Assembly (NCBI GenBank): GCA_913060615.1
Contig: CAJXUL010000001.1
Coordinates: 6,391 to 70,390, forward strand
From: an uncultured Gammaproteobacteria bacterium
GTDB lineage: Bacteria; Pseudomonadota; Gammaproteobacteria; Pseudomonadales; Azotimanducaceae
Length of the DNA stretch: 64,000 bases
Direction of reading: 5' to 3'
In this document: positions 1 to 13,103 of the stretch, piece after piece
How the letters are laid out: every line of letters begins with the position of its first letter
How positions within the stretch are numbered: position 1 is the first letter of the stretch
Program-made: the position numbers and the translations under genes
Notes under the pieces: model-generated
Told to the model about the DNA's origin: nothing
What the model saw: only the letters and a program-made list of their open reading frames with translations
Databases searched by the model: none

Positions 1-1525
1 TGAACTTTTCGATGATTTCACGGAGCGTTGCAACGACACCGTCGTTATAAGCACCGGTGGTATTTGTGCTTTCAACAAACTCTACATATTCAGAGTTCAT
101 GAAGCTCAACAACGCTGCTTCGAAGTCCAAAACCTTGTCGATAGGTACATCTTCTAAATAGCCTTCGTTGGCCGCGAAAAGTACGGTACCCATTTCTGCA
201 ACAGACATTGGCGCAAACTGCTTCTGCTTCATAAGCTCTGTTACACGCTGTCCGTGCTCTAACTGACGACGAGTTGCATCATCGAGATCTGAGGCGAACT
301 GAGAGAACGCAGCCAATTCACGGTACTGGGCCAAAGCCATCTTAATACCGCCAGAAATTTTCTTCATGAATGGCACCTGGGCCGATCCACCTACTCGAGA
401 TACCGAAATACCTGGGCTCATCGCAGGGCGAAGACCTGAGTTAAAGTTCTCAGTCTCTAAGAAGATCTGTCCATCTGTGATTGAAATCACGTTGGTTGGT
501 ACAAACGCAGATACGTCACCAGCTTGTGTTTCAATAATCGGTAGAGCAGTTAACGAACCTGTTTTACCTTTTACAGCGCCGTTGGTGTGCTTTTCAACAT
601 AAGCAGCATTTACCCGTGCTGCGCGCTCTAGTAGACGAGAGTGCAAATAGAAAACGTCGCCTGGGTATGCTTCACGACCAGGTGGGCGCTTAAGCAACAG
701 TGAAATTTGACGATACGCCCATGCCTGCTTTGTTAAGTCATCATAAATGATCAAAGCGTCTTCACCGTTGTCGCGGAAGTATTCGCCAATCGCGCATCCG
801 GCGTAAGGAGAAATAAACTGCATAGCCGCAGGGTCAGAAGCACCGGCGGCAACGACTGTGGTGTACTCCATAGCGCCGTGTTCTTCCAAAGTACGAACGA
901 TGTTCGCAATGGTCGACATCTTTTGGCCAATGGCTACATAAACACACTTAATACCACTACGCTTTTGGTTAATGATTGCGTCGATAGCGATGGCAGTTTT
1001 GCCGATCTGACGGTCACCAATAATGAGCTCACGCTGACCGCGGCCAACAGGAACCATGGCGTCGATACACTTAAAGCCAATTTGTACTGGCTGATCCACT
1101 GATTGACGCTCAATTACACCCGGCGCAACTTTTTCAATAGGTGAAGTTTCTTTAGCGCCTAATGGACCTTTGCCGTCAATAGGGTTACCCAATGAGTCAA
1201 CTACGCGACCCAAAAGTTCAGGGCCAACTGGCACTTCAAGAATACGACCAGTACAACGAGCGGTCATGCCTTCGGTCAGTTGTCCATAATCGCCTAGTAC
1301 AACAACACCAACCGAGTCACGCTCTAGGTTCAATGCCATGCCATAGAGGCCGCCATCAAATTCGATCATCTCGCCGTACTGAGCATCTGCTAAGCCGTGG
1401 ATTCGGACAATACCGTCAGAAACGCCAACGATTGTTCCTTCGTTTTTCGCTTCTGCCTTAATATCAAGGCCCTGAATCCTGCTCTTGATGATTTCACTGA
1501 TTTCCGATGGATTCAGTTGCTGCAT
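1..1525 (-). CDS. atpA: F1 ATP synthase alpha subunit (3' end runs off the window)
   Basis: Manual translation from ATG at 1525 gives [10 protein letters not shown]..., with Walker A GDRQIGKT. It follows atpH and stays open to the window edge (...EIIEKF). Confidence 0.97.
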   Translation of the reverse strand, partial: MQQLNPSEISEIIKSRIQGLDIKAEAKNEGTIVGVSDGIVRIHGLADAQYGEMIEFDGGLYGMALNLERDSVGVVVLGDYGQLTEGMTARCTGRILEVPVGPELLGRVVDSLGNPIDGKGPLGAKETSPIEKVAPGVIERQSVDQPVQIGFKCIDAMVPVGRGQRELIIGDRQIGKTAIAIDAIINQKRSGIKCVYVAIGQKMSTIANIVRTLEEHGAMEYTTVVAAGASDPAAMQFISPYAGCAIGEYFRDNGEDALIIYDDLTKQAWAYRQISLLLKRPPGREAYPGDVFYLHSRLLERAARVNAAYVEKHTNGAVKGKTGSLTALPIIETQAGDVSAFVPTNVISITDGQIFLETENFNSGLRPAMSPGISVSRVGGSAQVPFMKKISGGIKMALAQYRELAAFSQFASDLDDATRRQLEHGQRVTELMKQKQFAPMSVAEMGTVLFAANEGYLEDVPIDKVLDFEAALLSFMNSEYVEFVESTNTTGAYNDGVVATLREIIEKF

Positions 1526-1564
1526 TTTAGCTTCCTTTTAAATCTTATTTCGTTTCGCGGTGCG

Positions 1565-2104
1565 CTACGCTTGCACCAACGTTTCAACCAACTTAGCCAG
1601 ACGTCCCTTCACAGAGCCGTCAATCACAATATCTCCAGCTCGAATAATCGCGCCGCCAACTAAACTGGCGTCAACCGAGGCTTCAATTGATATTTCTTTA
1701 TTGAATTTGGCGTGGAGTGCTGCGCGCAAAGATTCGCTTTGGCTGTCAGAGAGCGCGTAAGCAGAAATAACTTCTACTTCTATGCTTCGCTCCTCTTCAG
1801 CCCGCAGCGCTTCAAATTGACCGCGCACATCACTTATGAGTTCTAAGCGATCGTGCTCAGCTAGCGATTGCAGAAAGGCATTACCTTGTTCGGTAATCTC
1901 TTCTGCACAAATCTCTGCTAGCTTTGCAGCTTTGTCAGATGCGGCTAGATCAGGGCTCCTCAACAAACCTTTGACGGTCTCCTGCTGAGAGGTCGTATCC
2001 AATACCGCTAATACGTCAGACCATTGAGCTAGGGTGCCTTCGCTTTTCGCTAGGCCAAAAACCGCATTCGCATAGGGTCTAGAAATGGTTGCTAGTTCTG
2101 CCAT
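1565..2104 (-). CDS. atpH: ATP synthase delta subunit
   Basis: MAELATISRPYANAVF start, C-terminal GGAIIRAGDIVIDGSVKGRL, operon position. Confidence 0.96.
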   Translation of the reverse strand: MAELATISRPYANAVFGLAKSEGTLAQWSDVLAVLDTTSQQETVKGLLRSPDLAASDKAAKLAEICAEEITEQGNAFLQSLAEHDRLELISDVRGQFEALRAEEERSIEVEVISAYALSDSQSESLRAALHAKFNKEISIEASVDASLVGGAIIRAGDIVIDGSVKGRLAKLVETLVQA

Positions 2105-2107
2105 TTT

Positions 2108-2578
2108 CTATAGCTCTGCCGCGAGCTTATCAAGCATCTCACCGTGCTTTGCAGCGTCGATGTTGTCTTGAAGCACTTTTTCAGCGCCGGTAATGACTAA
2201 GCTTGCCACTTGGCTGCGCAAAGCTTCCTTCGCACGATTAATCTCTTGTTCGATTTCTGATTTCGCAGAGTCTATAAGACGCTGACCTTCGGTCCGCGCT
2301 TCTGTCTTAGCTTCTTCTACGATCTGACTAGCCCGGTTACGAGCTTGTTCAATAATCGCTGAGGCTTCCTGCTTCGCTGCACCCATTTCCTGTTCAGCAT
2401 TTGATGCTGCTTGGGCGAGCTTTCTATCAGCTTCTTCCGAAGCTTGAAGTCCAGCAGCGATGGCTTCTTGGCGCTCGCGCATAGCGGTACCAATAAGCGG
2501 CCAGATGTACTTCATACAAAACAAGACAAATATAACAAACGTTATACTTTGACCTAGTAGAGTTGCGTTTAGATTCAT
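2108..2578 (-). CDS. atpF: ATP synthase F0 b subunit
   Basis: [27 protein letters not shown] followed by a coiled coil, 156 aa. Confidence 0.97.
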   Translation of the reverse strand: MNLNATLLGQSITFVIFVLFCMKYIWPLIGTAMRERQEAIAAGLQASEEADRKLAQAASNAEQEMGAAKQEASAIIEQARNRASQIVEEAKTEARTEGQRLIDSAKSEIEQEINRAKEALRSQVASLVITGAEKVLQDNIDAAKHGEMLDKLAAEL

Positions 2579-2720
2579 CGCTCTTCTCTTTTAAAATTAT
2601 TTACTTTTTGCTGCCAAGCTCGTCTAGACATCATCCCGCCGAACCGAACCTTATCTAAATTTCTCTAGCAGGGCGAGGTTCGAACCTGGCTGATACGCAG
2701 CCGAGCAAAAACAATTCGCC

Positions 2721-2969
<249 letters not shown>

Positions 2970-3032
2970 TTACAATTTAAAATTAATTTTAGCGGCTTGG
3001 CCGCACTCAGCCTTCATCCAAAGACTTATCTA

Positions 3033-3881
<849 letters not shown>

Positions 3882-4110
3882 TTATCTTCGACCCTTTGGC
3901 GGCACGCTATAGGTGCTGCTTTTATATTTTATTCGTTGCTGTTGTCTTTAACTCAGACACTCTGTTTTGTCTTTCAATCTATTTTTGCCTACCGATACTC
4001 AGATCGATACGCACTGTATTCTTTTGCATCAAGCTGACCAGCCATCTGACCAGCTAACTTCGCAACCGGTAGACCCTTAAGCCTTAATATCTCAGCCGCG
4101 CTAGTCCGAT

Positions 4111-4512
4111 CTAGTCGGAATGTGGCAATTTAAACACCGGCGCTAGAGCCAGTAGATAACTAACTTGCACTATCACCAAGCTAAAAAAGTAACCTAGCGG
4201 CTCAACTTGTAAAAACACTAAACTCGCCACCATTAACAAGCAGGTGGTCACCGTCTTTACAACACCTTGCGCCAAAATGCGCAGTGGGTTGCTGGTTCGG
4301 CTATTACTCCAGGCCAAATACGCGCTGGGCAAAATAATCGTTAACGCCCCAATAAGTGCAGCGTAACTTTGCTCAACATCCACACCAAGGAACCCAAGGC
4401 TCGATAAGCTGCCTATTATCACTTGCAACTGAATCACTAGGACATGGCGATGTTGCGCAAATATCAGACGTTTCGCGGCGCGTAGTATAGAGATGGCGGC
4501 GCTACCATTCAA
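4111..4512 (-). CDS. atpI: ATP synthase protein I-like membrane protein
   Basis: Four hydrophobic segments, located between parB and atpB. The sequence is divergent, so the call rests mostly on position. Confidence 0.7.
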   Translation of the reverse strand: MNGSAAISILRAAKRLIFAQHRHVLVIQLQVIIGSLSSLGFLGVDVEQSYAALIGALTIILPSAYLAWSNSRTSNPLRILAQGVVKTVTTCLLMVASLVFLQVEPLGYFFSLVIVQVSYLLALAPVFKLPHSD

Positions 4513-4530
4513 TTATAATTCACCGAAATA

Positions 4531-5427
4531 TCAGTCAGATAGACTAAAGTGCGATAAAACACCGTCTAATTCTTCTAAAGTAGAGTACTTGATGACGAGT
4601 TCACCACGCCCGCTCTTGCCATGTCTAATGTTTACCTGTGCACCCAAATGATCCATTAGCTTGCGCTCAAGGCGCTGAGTGTCGGCATCTTTGACCGGCT
4701 TTACCTTCGTTTTATTGCCACTGTCTTGCGCTTGAAGCAGCTTTCTTACTAAGGCCTCGGTATCTCTAACCGACAATTGACCATCCGCTACTTTCAGAGC
4801 GGCTTGGTCTTGGGTTGTGCCCGTTAGACCAAGCAATGCACGGCTATGGCCCATATCTAATTTGCCATCTTCCAATAATTCGCGGGCCACCGAGCCTAAG
4901 CTCAAAAGTCTTAAACTGTTGGCAATGGCGGCGCGCGATTTACCTACCACATCGGCTACTTCTTGTTGCGTTAACTCAAATTCATTACGTAAACGTTCTA
5001 AGCCGATGGCTTCTTCTAACGCATTAAGGTCTTCGCGCTGAATATTTTCTATTAAGGCAATTGCCGAGGCTTCGCGGTCGCTTACTTGCTTATTGATTAC
5101 CGGTATTTTTGTCAGGCCTGCAAGCTGAGCTGCACGCCACCGACGTTCGCCAGCTATTAATTCGTAGCCACCCTGTGCAAGTGGGCGCACAACGATAGGC
5201 TGCAGTAAGCCCTGACTTTTAATGGATTGAGCTAAATCTTGGAGCGCACTGGGCTCAAACCATTTTCTCGGTTGATACGGGCTAGTCTTAATTTGGTCTA
5301 TATCGAGCTCAAGACCACCTGAGGACGCAGACGTCGGCGGGTTATTCGCTGACGTCGCCATAGCGCCAGATTTCACTCCATCCGAAAGAAGGGCACTTAA
5401 CCCTTTGCCTAAACGTTTTTTACTCAT
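4531..5427 (-). CDS. parB: Chromosome partitioning protein ParB
   Basis: KRLGKGLSALL start, GLLQPIVVR, IAGERRWRAAQ, ENIQREDLN and an HTH. Confidence 0.97.
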   Translation of the reverse strand: MSKKRLGKGLSALLSDGVKSGAMATSANNPPTSASSGGLELDIDQIKTSPYQPRKWFEPSALQDLAQSIKSQGLLQPIVVRPLAQGGYELIAGERRWRAAQLAGLTKIPVINKQVSDREASAIALIENIQREDLNALEEAIGLERLRNEFELTQQEVADVVGKSRAAIANSLRLLSLGSVARELLEDGKLDMGHSRALLGLTGTTQDQAALKVADGQLSVRDTEALVRKLLQAQDSGNKTKVKPVKDADTQRLERKLMDHLGAQVNIRHGKSGRGELVIKYSTLEELDGVLSHFSLSD

Positions 5428-5462
5428 TGTCCGCCCGCGTAACCTTGTAAGTAGAGTCGTTG

Positions 5463-6239
5463 TTATTGAACTGGATGTACATCATGGCGCTTACGCAACT
5501 CTCCGGCCAAAGCCTGATACGCCAAAGATCCTCTAGAGGACTTATCATATATTAATACCGGCAGGCCGTGACTTGGGGCTTCTGCCAAACGCACATTACG
5601 CGGTACCACCGTGCGAAACACTTTTTCGCCAAAAAATTGTAGCAATTGCCGCGACACGTCTCTTGTCAGACTGTTCCGCGGGTCGTACATGGTTCGAAGT
5701 AAGCCATCTATCTGCAAATTTGGATTAGCGTGGCTACGAATACCTTCAACCGTGTCTAATAAAGCAGATAAACCCTCAAGCGCATAATATTCGCATTGCA
5801 TAGGAATGAGCACGCCGGTTGCAGAGATTAACGCATTCACCGTAAGAATATTTAGTGAAGGCGGACAATCAATAATCACGTACTCGTAGTTGTAGCAGTC
5901 TAGGCCAATACGCTCCTTCAATAGAAACTCGCGGTTGTCCATCTGTAACAACGCAACTTCTGCAGCGGTAAGCTCAATGTTTGCCGGCATGACATCGTAC
6001 AAAGCGGTAGAGGTTTGTTTTATTTGAGCAAAATCCGCGTTTTGCATGAGCCAATCATAAATGCTTAGTTCAAGTTCTTGCTTTTCTACGCCACTGCCCA
6101 TGGTTGCGTTGCCTTGTGGATCTAGATCGACAAGTAAAACTTTACAACCTTGAGCGGCCAAAGATGCACTGAGATTGACGCTAGTGGTGGTTTTACCTAC
6201 ACCACCTTTTTGATTTGCAATCGCAATAACTTTGTTCAT
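5463..6239 (-). CDS. parA: Chromosome partitioning ATPase ParA/Soj
   Basis: Deviant Walker A NQKGGVGKTT, DLDPQGNAT, IIDCPPSL. Confidence 0.97.
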   Translation of the reverse strand: MNKVIAIANQKGGVGKTTTSVNLSASLAAQGCKVLLVDLDPQGNATMGSGVEKQELELSIYDWLMQNADFAQIKQTSTALYDVMPANIELTAAEVALLQMDNREFLLKERIGLDCYNYEYVIIDCPPSLNILTVNALISATGVLIPMQCEYYALEGLSALLDTVEGIRSHANPNLQIDGLLRTMYDPRNSLTRDVSRQLLQFFGEKVFRTVVPRNVRLAEAPSHGLPVLIYDKSSRGSLAYQALAGELRKRHDVHPVQ

Positions 6240-6246
6240 TGGCTCT

Positions 6247-6921
6247 CTAATCTTTGTCTTTGCGCTGCAAGATGCACAAAAAATGCGGCTGCTCTAAGCC
6301 AGGAATAAGACAACTTATTTTCTCAGAGCTGTAGCCTAACTCAATTTCGTCGAGGGTATCTTCCGGCGTTTTTTCGCTTTCTGCCGTTTCTTCTACAACC
6401 TCTACTTGGGCGCTTTCAAAGACAATGACCCTGCCGCCTTTTGCCAAATAGGGCTCAACCATGGGCCATAGCAATGGGCCTGACGCTACGCCTCGAGCAA
6501 GAATCGTATCGAAGCGCTGGTCGACAAAGGGGTCTTTAGCGAGGTTGCGTTCCTCAAGGTTAACATTGGACGTTTGTAATTCGCGGCTAGCCATATGCAA
6601 AAACCGAATCCTCTTCGCCATGCGATCGCACAAGGTATAGGTTCTATTCGGGTCCACAATTGCCAGGGGCATACCGGGCAGACCCGGACCTGTACCTACA
6701 TCTAAAACGCTGGTTCCAGTTAGGTAGGGCAGAACGCTTAAGCTGTCCAAAAGGTGTCTTGGCAAAAGGCGGTTAATATCGCGGCGGGAAATTAGATTCA
6801 TACCCTTATTCCATCGCACCAGCAATTTTGCAAAGTCGTGTAGCTTAGATAAGCTGTTAGAATCAATAACTAATTCTAAACCTTCTATACCTTCCGCTAA
6901 ACTCTCAAGGGTAATGTTCAG
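6247..6921 (-). CDS. rsmG: 16S rRNA m7G527 methyltransferase (start uncertain)
   Basis: [27 protein letters not shown]. The frame stays open upstream of the ORF-track TTG (6825) to a CTG at 6921 overlapping the mnmG stop. Confidence 0.92.
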   Translation of the reverse strand: MNITLESLAEGIEGLELVIDSNSLSKLHDFAKLLVRWNKGMNLISRRDINRLLPRHLLDSLSVLPYLTGTSVLDVGTGPGLPGMPLAIVDPNRTYTLCDRMAKRIRFLHMASRELQTSNVNLEERNLAKDPFVDQRFDTILARGVASGPLLWPMVEPYLAKGGRVIVFESAQVEVVEETAESEKTPEDTLDEIELGYSSEKISCLIPGLEQPHFLCILQRKDKD

Positions 6922-8822
6922 AGTGTTGACGCCTTTTTAGGATTTTTAGCTAGTGCTTTGGCATTTATCAATAGAATTGACAGTGCTGCCGGTGTCATAC
7001 CCGGTATGCGCGCAGCCCTAGCTAACGAATCTGGTTTGTGGTGTTCGAGTTTCTGCTTTAGTTCGTTGGACAGTCCGTCGAGCCGGGAAAAATCCATAGA
7101 CTCCGGCAGCAACATGCCTTCGTGTCTACGGATTTTTAAGATCTCATCGTCTTGGCGTTTAATATAGCCAGCATATTTTGTTTCTATCTCTAACTGTTTC
7201 AGAGCCAGAGCATCTTTATGAGCATCACCATTTTCCTCTGTTAATGCGATATCTAGCGCTTTTGAAATTTTTGCGCTATCAATTTCCGGTCTGCGCAGCG
7301 CTTCTTCTAAGGTCGTTTCTTTTCGCAAATTTAGCGCTAATTTTTGGTCTAAGTCGCTACCGGGCAAAATACAAATACCCTTAAACTGTTTTCTAAATGC
7401 CTCAACTTTGCGCAATTTTTCTTCAAAATGCGCGCTCCTTTGTCGCCCCACTAGACCAAATTCTATGCCCATTGGCGTTAAGCGTTGGTCCGCATTGTCT
7501 TCTCTCAACCGCAACCTAAACTCGGCGCGGCTAGTAAACATTCGGTAGGGCTCGGTTGTGCCTAAATTAATTAGGTCGTCTACCAACACGCCTATGTATG
7601 CTTCATCGCGGCGTGGCTCCCAAGGAGATTTGTCCTGGCATTTGCGCGCAGCGTTAACACCTGCAAGTAAGCCTTGTGCACCCGCCTCTTCGTAACCTGT
7701 TGTGCCATTAATTTGGCCAGCAAAAAATAGTCCTTCTAGCGCTTTAGTTTCCAAGGAATGGTTGAGGTCTCTTGGGTCGAAGTAATCGTATTCAATGGCA
7801 TATCCAGGGCGCGAAATGTGCGCATTACTGAATCCCTGCATGGAGCGCACAAACTGTATTTGTACGTCGAAAGGTAAGCTTGTTGAAATGCCATTAGGAT
7901 AAAGCTCTGTGGTATTGAGGCCCTCTGGCTCGATAAATATTTGATGGCTTGATTTGTCGGCAAAGCGAACCACTTTGTCTTCAATACTCGGGCAATATCT
8001 GGGTCCAACGCCTTCAATGGCGCCACTGTACATAGCGGACCGGCTCAAATTATCTGTGATTATTTGGTGCGTATCCGCATTGGTATAAGTGATGTGGCAA
8101 CTGATTTGTTTGGGGTGGTAACTACGCTTGCCCATGGAGGACATTACCGGCCTTGGTTCATCGCCTAACTGACTTTCTAGTTCAGAAAAATCAACGCTTC
8201 TGCCATCTATTCTAGGTGGCGTGCCAGTTTTTAGGCGGCCTACTCTAAAAGGTAGAGCGCGTAGTCTCTCCGCTAAAGCAATTGAGGGGGGATCTCCTGC
8301 ACGGCCACCCGACTGCTGTTGGTCACCAATGTGAATCTTACCGCCAAGAAAAGTACCGGTCGTTAAAACTACGGTTTTGGCGTCAAAAATTAGACCCATT
8401 TGGGTTTCACAACCAACCACTTTGCCGTTTTCAACAACTAAGTCTACAACAGACTGCTGGAACATTTGTAAATTGGGCTGATGTTCTAGAATTTCTCGGA
8501 CGGCATTTTTATACAAAGTTCGATCTGCTTGCGCGCGAGTAGCTCGGACTGCCGGGCCCTTACTAGAGTTTAGTACTCTAAAGTGAATGCCTGCTTTATC
8601 CGTCGCCGCACCCATAACGCCATCTAGTGCATCAATTTCCGCTACTAAATGACTTTTCCCTATGCCTCCAATAGCAGGATTACAGGACATTTGGCCAAGT
8701 GTTTCGATACTTTGGGTCAGTAGCAGTGTTTTTGCGCCCATGCGGGCAGACGCCGCAGCGGCTTCGGTTCCAGCATGGCCACCGCCAATTACGATGACAT
8801 CAAATTGTTCTGGGTAATGCAT
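6918..8822 (-). CDS. mnmG: tRNA U34 5-carboxymethylaminomethyl modification enzyme
   Basis: [44 protein letters not shown]. Confidence 0.99.
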   Translation of the reverse strand: MHYPEQFDVIVIGGGHAGTEAAAASARMGAKTLLLTQSIETLGQMSCNPAIGGIGKSHLVAEIDALDGVMGAATDKAGIHFRVLNSSKGPAVRATRAQADRTLYKNAVREILEHQPNLQMFQQSVVDLVVENGKVVGCETQMGLIFDAKTVVLTTGTFLGGKIHIGDQQQSGGRAGDPPSIALAERLRALPFRVGRLKTGTPPRIDGRSVDFSELESQLGDEPRPVMSSMGKRSYHPKQISCHITYTNADTHQIITDNLSRSAMYSGAIEGVGPRYCPSIEDKVVRFADKSSHQIFIEPEGLNTTELYPNGISTSLPFDVQIQFVRSMQGFSNAHISRPGYAIEYDYFDPRDLNHSLETKALEGLFFAGQINGTTGYEEAGAQGLLAGVNAARKCQDKSPWEPRRDEAYIGVLVDDLINLGTTEPYRMFTSRAEFRLRLREDNADQRLTPMGIEFGLVGRQRSAHFEEKLRKVEAFRKQFKGICILPGSDLDQKLALNLRKETTLEEALRRPEIDSAKISKALDIALTEENGDAHKDALALKQLEIETKYAGYIKRQDDEILKIRRHEGMLLPESMDFSRLDGLSNELKQKLEHHKPDSLARAARIPGMTPAALSILLINAKALAKNPKKASTL

Positions 8823-8934
8823 ACCTATGAATACTCATGGCTGCTAGGGGCGCAGTAGTATAGTGCTTAGTCAAGGGATTGGAAGATCTTGTTGTGACCA
8901 ATTATTTGCAAGATTGGACTTCATTTTAATGAAA

Positions 8935-10323
8935 TTACTTGCCGATACAAAATTCTGAAAAGATTTTTCCTAATAAATCATCAGGTGTCACGATACCTGT
9001 GACCTCACCTAAACATTGGTGGGCGATGTAAAGTTCTTCTGCAACAAACTCAGCGCCGAGGTTCTGCGTAAGAGCATCTGCCGCCGCATTGACCTTAGCC
9101 AAGGTGTCTTGAATGATTAGAATATGTCGCTGGCGTGCAGCAAAAGGGACATTTTCTTGACCAAAGCCAACACTTTCCTGAATGGCCTTTTTCAATAAAT
9201 CTAAACCTTCGCCTGTTTTAGCAGACACCGTGACATTGGCAACGTCTTTTGGAACAGCCACACCAAGATTTAAATCCGACTTATTGATCACTAAAAGAAT
9301 ATTGTTTGTCTGGCCGTCTGCTGCGGTGTCATTTGACGCATGAAGGGAGTCTAGGTTGCTTATCAGTTCAGAAGTCTTAACAACTGTTGTTAACTCATCT
9401 GCGGCGGCAACATACAGCGTTAAATCTGCTTCAGCGGCTTGAGCTTTGGCGCGCGCGATACCAATTTTTTCTACTTCATCATCACTTTCGCGCAGACCAG
9501 CTGTATCAACTAAGCGAATAGGCAGGCCACCTATAACCAGATCTACTTTCAACAAATCTCTTGTTGTACCGGGTACGTTAGTGACAATGGCCGCTTCTTC
9601 ACCGGCCAACGCGTTCAACAAACTTGATTTACCCACATTGGGTTTACCAATGAGCGCTACTGAAATTCCTGAGTTAATTAATCTACCTTGGTTCGCTTGA
9701 GCCAGGATAGATTCTAATGCGGTAATCGTTTTAGTGATGTCTTCTGCAACCCTAGCCTCTTGTAGAATCTCAATATCCTCTTCAGGAAAATCAATGGCCG
9801 CCTCTACACGCACCCGCATATTCGCTATATCTAGGGCAATAGCCGTAATCATTTGCGAAAAAGCACCCTTGAGAGTGTTAAGGGCTGCCTTGGATGCTGC
9901 AACTGAGGTAGAAGATATTAAATCTGCGACAGCCTCGGCTTGAGCGAGATCTAATTTCCCATTCATAAACGCACGTTCGCTAAATTCACCTGGTCGGGCT
10001 AAACGAGCGCCACGCTGGCACAAAGCATTGAGAATTCTATGTTGAATTACTGGCCCACCATGCCCTTGTAGTTCGACCACATCTTCGCCAGTAAATGAGT
10101 TTGGTCCGGGAAACCAAAGAGCCAAGCCGTTATCTAACATTTCTTCTGCGTCGAAAAAATCAGTGTAAACCGCTGTTCTAGAAATGAGCGGTTTTTTGCA
10201 TAGCTGGGCAGCTATTGTGTGAGCACCTTCGCCAGATAGACGCACAATACCTACGCCCCCTTGTCCTGGCGGCGTTGCTATTGCACAGATTAAATCATTA
10301 TTTAGCGCTTGGTTTGTTGCCAC
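8935..10323 (-). CDS. mnmE: tRNA modification GTPase
   Basis: [23 protein letters not shown] and C-terminal FCIGK; GTG start. Confidence 0.99.
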   Translation of the reverse strand: MATNQALNNDLICAIATPPGQGGVGIVRLSGEGAHTIAAQLCKKPLISRTAVYTDFFDAEEMLDNGLALWFPGPNSFTGEDVVELQGHGGPVIQHRILNALCQRGARLARPGEFSERAFMNGKLDLAQAEAVADLISSTSVAASKAALNTLKGAFSQMITAIALDIANMRVRVEAAIDFPEEDIEILQEARVAEDITKTITALESILAQANQGRLINSGISVALIGKPNVGKSSLLNALAGEEAAIVTNVPGTTRDLLKVDLVIGGLPIRLVDTAGLRESDDEVEKIGIARAKAQAAEADLTLYVAAADELTTVVKTSELISNLDSLHASNDTAADGQTNNILLVINKSDLNLGVAVPKDVANVTVSAKTGEGLDLLKKAIQESVGFGQENVPFAARQRHILIIQDTLAKVNAAADALTQNLGAEFVAEELYIAHQCLGEVTGIVTPDDLLGKIFSEFCIGK

Positions 10324-10406
10324 GATGTTGTTCAGAAGTTCTTTCGTTGTAATACATCAAACGCAAAAATACCTGTTGTAGGCATTTTTCAGAGTAACGG
10401 TTGTTT

Positions 10407-12146
10407 CTAGGAGCGTTCACTTTCCACTTTCTTATAAATATAAGTTTGTTGAGCGATGGACAATAAGTTGTTCACCAACCAATACAAAACCAAACCTGCT
10501 GGGAAGAATAAGAACAATACCGTGAACATAATTGGCATTAGTTTCATCATTTTGACTTGCATTGGATCACCTACCTGCGGATTCAATGATTGCATCAAAT
10601 ATGTACTGGCACCCATCAGTAGCGGCAATATGAAATAGGGGTCCATCGCCGAGAGGTCCTCAATCCAAAACATAAAAGGCGCTTGGCGCAATTCAACCGA
10701 TTCTAACAATACCCAGTAAAGCGCCAAAAATACGGGCATGGGCGCAAGCATCGGAAGACATCCACCCAAGGGGTTAGCGCCCTCTTTTTTGTATAAAGCC
10801 ATCATTTCTTTAGATAACTTTTCTCTATCGCTGGAATAACGTTCCTGGAGTTTTTTCATCGCCGGTGCAACCCGACGCATGTTTGCCATGGACCGATAAC
10901 CTTTCGCAGAGACCCAGCCCAACGTAATTTTAACCGCGAGCGTTAGAAGGATAATCGCCAATCCCCAGTTACCCACAAGGTCATGGAAAAACGTTAATGC
11001 CTTGAAAAGTGGAATCGCTATCCACCAAAGGAATCCATAATCTACAGTCAGATTAAGGTGTTCTGATATGGCTTCCAACTCAACCTGATCCTTCGGTCCT
11101 GCATAAAAATTAGCGTTCCAAACACCTGATTCTCCGGGCTGTAAAGTTTTTGCTGGCCCAGTAAAACCAAACAAGTAATTATTATCTTTGGTGGGGCGAG
11201 CGTAATAACGAATTTGTTGGTCTGCTGGTGCTACCCAAGCCGAAAGAAAATAGTGCTGAAGAAAAGCCACCCAACCGCCCGTATTTTCTGCTTGTAGAGC
11301 GTCCTCATCTAAATCATCGAATTCAACTTTTTGATAAGGGGTCTCTAAAGTTGTGATTGCACCGCCTAGGTAAGGGTCTGGCGCTAGCGAGAAAGAATCA
11401 TCTGCTAATACCGCTTTTCTATCGCGCTTAATTTGGGTGAACATCCCCGCGGTAAAAGCGTCATCACTGGTGTTAGTTAATCTGTAGCTGACGGACAAAA
11501 GGTACTTATCCGCAGTAAAAGAAAACACTTTTTCCACCGTCACACCATCGGCTAGGGTTGATAGAACCAAGTCAGTTTGTCCGTCGCTGTCATCCATGTT
11601 CAGTTCACGGACCGAGGTCGAGTACTTGGGTCTTTGACCGTTTTTATCCACACCGTTTGGACCGATAAGTCCACTTTGAGCTATGTAAGTTTGGTTCTGA
11701 TTCTGTTCAAGCAATAAAAAAGGTGTATCTTGCAGATCTAAAGCAACTGGATACTTGGGTAACTGAACCCTAACAATATCTCCACCTAACAAATCTATCC
11801 AAACCTTCAACTTAGGTGTTGTAACAACAACCAATCGGCTCTCTGGTGTTTGTGCCTGAACCTCGCTGAATGCATCATTAGTTGCTAGTGAAGTCGGTAG
11901 TTCATCGCTGCTGAGCAGGCTGATGTCTGGTATGTCTGAATCAGACTGGCGTTGATCGACAATGCTTGGTCTTATTGCAGAAGTATCTATGGCATTTGTT
12001 TGTTGATCAGAAACTAGCGGCGCTTCGCTGTAAGAGATAGGCGATCTATCTGCCTGCATGTCTTCATTCCACGCCAAAATAAGCAAATATGAAGTTGCTG
12101 CGAGACCAATAAGCAGAACAATACGTTGAATTTCAGGAGGTAACAT
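10407..12146 (-). CDS. yidC: Membrane protein insertase YidC
   Basis: N-terminal TM, large periplasmic domain, LTVDYGFLWWI, GGCLPML, LYWLVNN. Confidence 0.98.
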   Translation of the reverse strand: MLPPEIQRIVLLIGLAATSYLLILAWNEDMQADRSPISYSEAPLVSDQQTNAIDTSAIRPSIVDQRQSDSDIPDISLLSSDELPTSLATNDAFSEVQAQTPESRLVVVTTPKLKVWIDLLGGDIVRVQLPKYPVALDLQDTPFLLLEQNQNQTYIAQSGLIGPNGVDKNGQRPKYSTSVRELNMDDSDGQTDLVLSTLADGVTVEKVFSFTADKYLLSVSYRLTNTSDDAFTAGMFTQIKRDRKAVLADDSFSLAPDPYLGGAITTLETPYQKVEFDDLDEDALQAENTGGWVAFLQHYFLSAWVAPADQQIRYYARPTKDNNYLFGFTGPAKTLQPGESGVWNANFYAGPKDQVELEAISEHLNLTVDYGFLWWIAIPLFKALTFFHDLVGNWGLAIILLTLAVKITLGWVSAKGYRSMANMRRVAPAMKKLQERYSSDREKLSKEMMALYKKEGANPLGGCLPMLAPMPVFLALYWVLLESVELRQAPFMFWIEDLSAMDPYFILPLLMGASTYLMQSLNPQVGDPMQVKMMKLMPIMFTVLFLFFPAGLVLYWLVNNLLSIAQQTYIYKKVESERS

Positions 12147-12160
12147 ATATCTAGGTCTCT

Positions 12161-12472
12161 TTATTTACTTTTTTTAACAATTTCAGGGACGTTATCTATG
12201 CCCCCTTCGTGTAACGGGTGGCACTTAGCGATACGTTTTAGGCCCAGCCAAAGACCTTTAAGAGCCCCATGTGAGCTGATGGCTTGAATCATATAGGTTG
12301 AGCAGGTCGGGTGGAATCGGCAACTTGGGCGAAAAAGCGGGCTGATGGCTTTTTGGTAAACAACAACGCCGCTTATTAAGAATTTTGACACAAGTCTTAT
12401 AGGCGCAGATTCCACTACTTCTGCTGCTGGTTCCGCCACTATTTCTGACTCTATATCCGCCTCAGAAGTCAC
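12161..12472 (-). CDS. yidD: Membrane protein insertion efficiency factor
   Basis: YQKAISP...CRFHPTCS...RIAKCHP motif; extra acidic N-terminus. Confidence 0.93.
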   Translation of the reverse strand: MTSEADIESEIVAEPAAEVVESAPIRLVSKFLISGVVVYQKAISPLFRPSCRFHPTCSTYMIQAISSHGALKGLWLGLKRIAKCHPLHEGGIDNVPEIVKKSK

Positions 12473-12833
12473 TTTTGCTCAGACCCTCTTTGCGCTCCAA
12501 AATCAGAAACTGGCGTTCAAGTAATTGGTGTAGACGTTTATCGTCTAACTCCGCAAAAAGCTGAATTACTAAATCTACTGAAGGCAAACTATTCAGTTCC
12601 CGACGAAATCTATCGCGGATAATTCGCTTTATTTTATTTCGCCGCACTGCTTTCGAGAAAACACGCTTAGCTATCACTAGACCTAGTCTTGAATGGTCTA
12701 GCGTATTCTTTTTCACGCGAATACGCAGGGGGCCATCTGACACCACCAAGTCTGGTTGTTTGAATACATCAGTATATTGGTGAGCACTTAACAGCCGAGC
12801 TCGCCTTGGGAAAGCGTAGCTGATTAAGTTCAA
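12462..12833 (-). CDS. rnpA: RNase P protein component
   Basis: [25 protein letters not shown] motif; TTG start; follows rpmH. Confidence 0.93.
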   Translation of the reverse strand: MNLISYAFPRRARLLSAHQYTDVFKQPDLVVSDGPLRIRVKKNTLDHSRLGLVIAKRVFSKAVRRNKIKRIIRDRFRRELNSLPSVDLVIQLFAELDDKRLHQLLERQFLILERKEGLSKSDF

Positions 12834-12844
12834 GGAGGGCTCAA

Positions 12845-12979
12845 TCAGACAGTAAGACGTTTACGTCCCTTTGCTCTTCTTGCATTCAATACTTTGCGAC
12901 CAGCTTTGGTAGCCATGCGAGCACGGAAGCCGTGAGTTCTAGCTCGTTTAAGGTTACTTGGTTGAAACGTTCTTTTCAT
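12845..12979 (-). CDS. rpmH: 50S ribosomal protein L34 (below the ORF-track size cutoff)
   Basis: Manual translation: [44 protein letters not shown]. Confidence 0.99.
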   Translation of the reverse strand: MKRTFQPSNLKRARTHGFRARMATKAGRKVLNARRAKGRKRLTV

Positions 12980-13074
12980 ATCAGACTCTAAAGCTCAGAA
13001 ATTTCGGTACTTTTGGGTAATGCTTCAATCATTCTACCACTGAATTAACCAGAGCGAGTGAATTAAGGTGCGCG

Positions 13075-13103
13075 ATTCTATGAACAGTGGAGAGAAGTGT
13101 CAA
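13075..13103 (-). promoter_or_regulatory. Sigma70 promoter for the rpmH-rnpA-yidD-yidC operon
   Basis: Minus strand reads TTGACA (13103-13098), a 17 bp spacer, then TAGAAT (13080-13075). Confidence 0.8.

Noticed and set aside
2660-2702. GGTTCGAACC resembling a tRNA T-loop
   Set aside because: The flanking 5-bp T-stem does not pair, and I could not build a cloverleaf on either strand.
8823-8934. Second origin-like element upstream of mnmG (E. coli-like position)
   Set aside because: Only 112 bp, a single GATC and no DnaA box.
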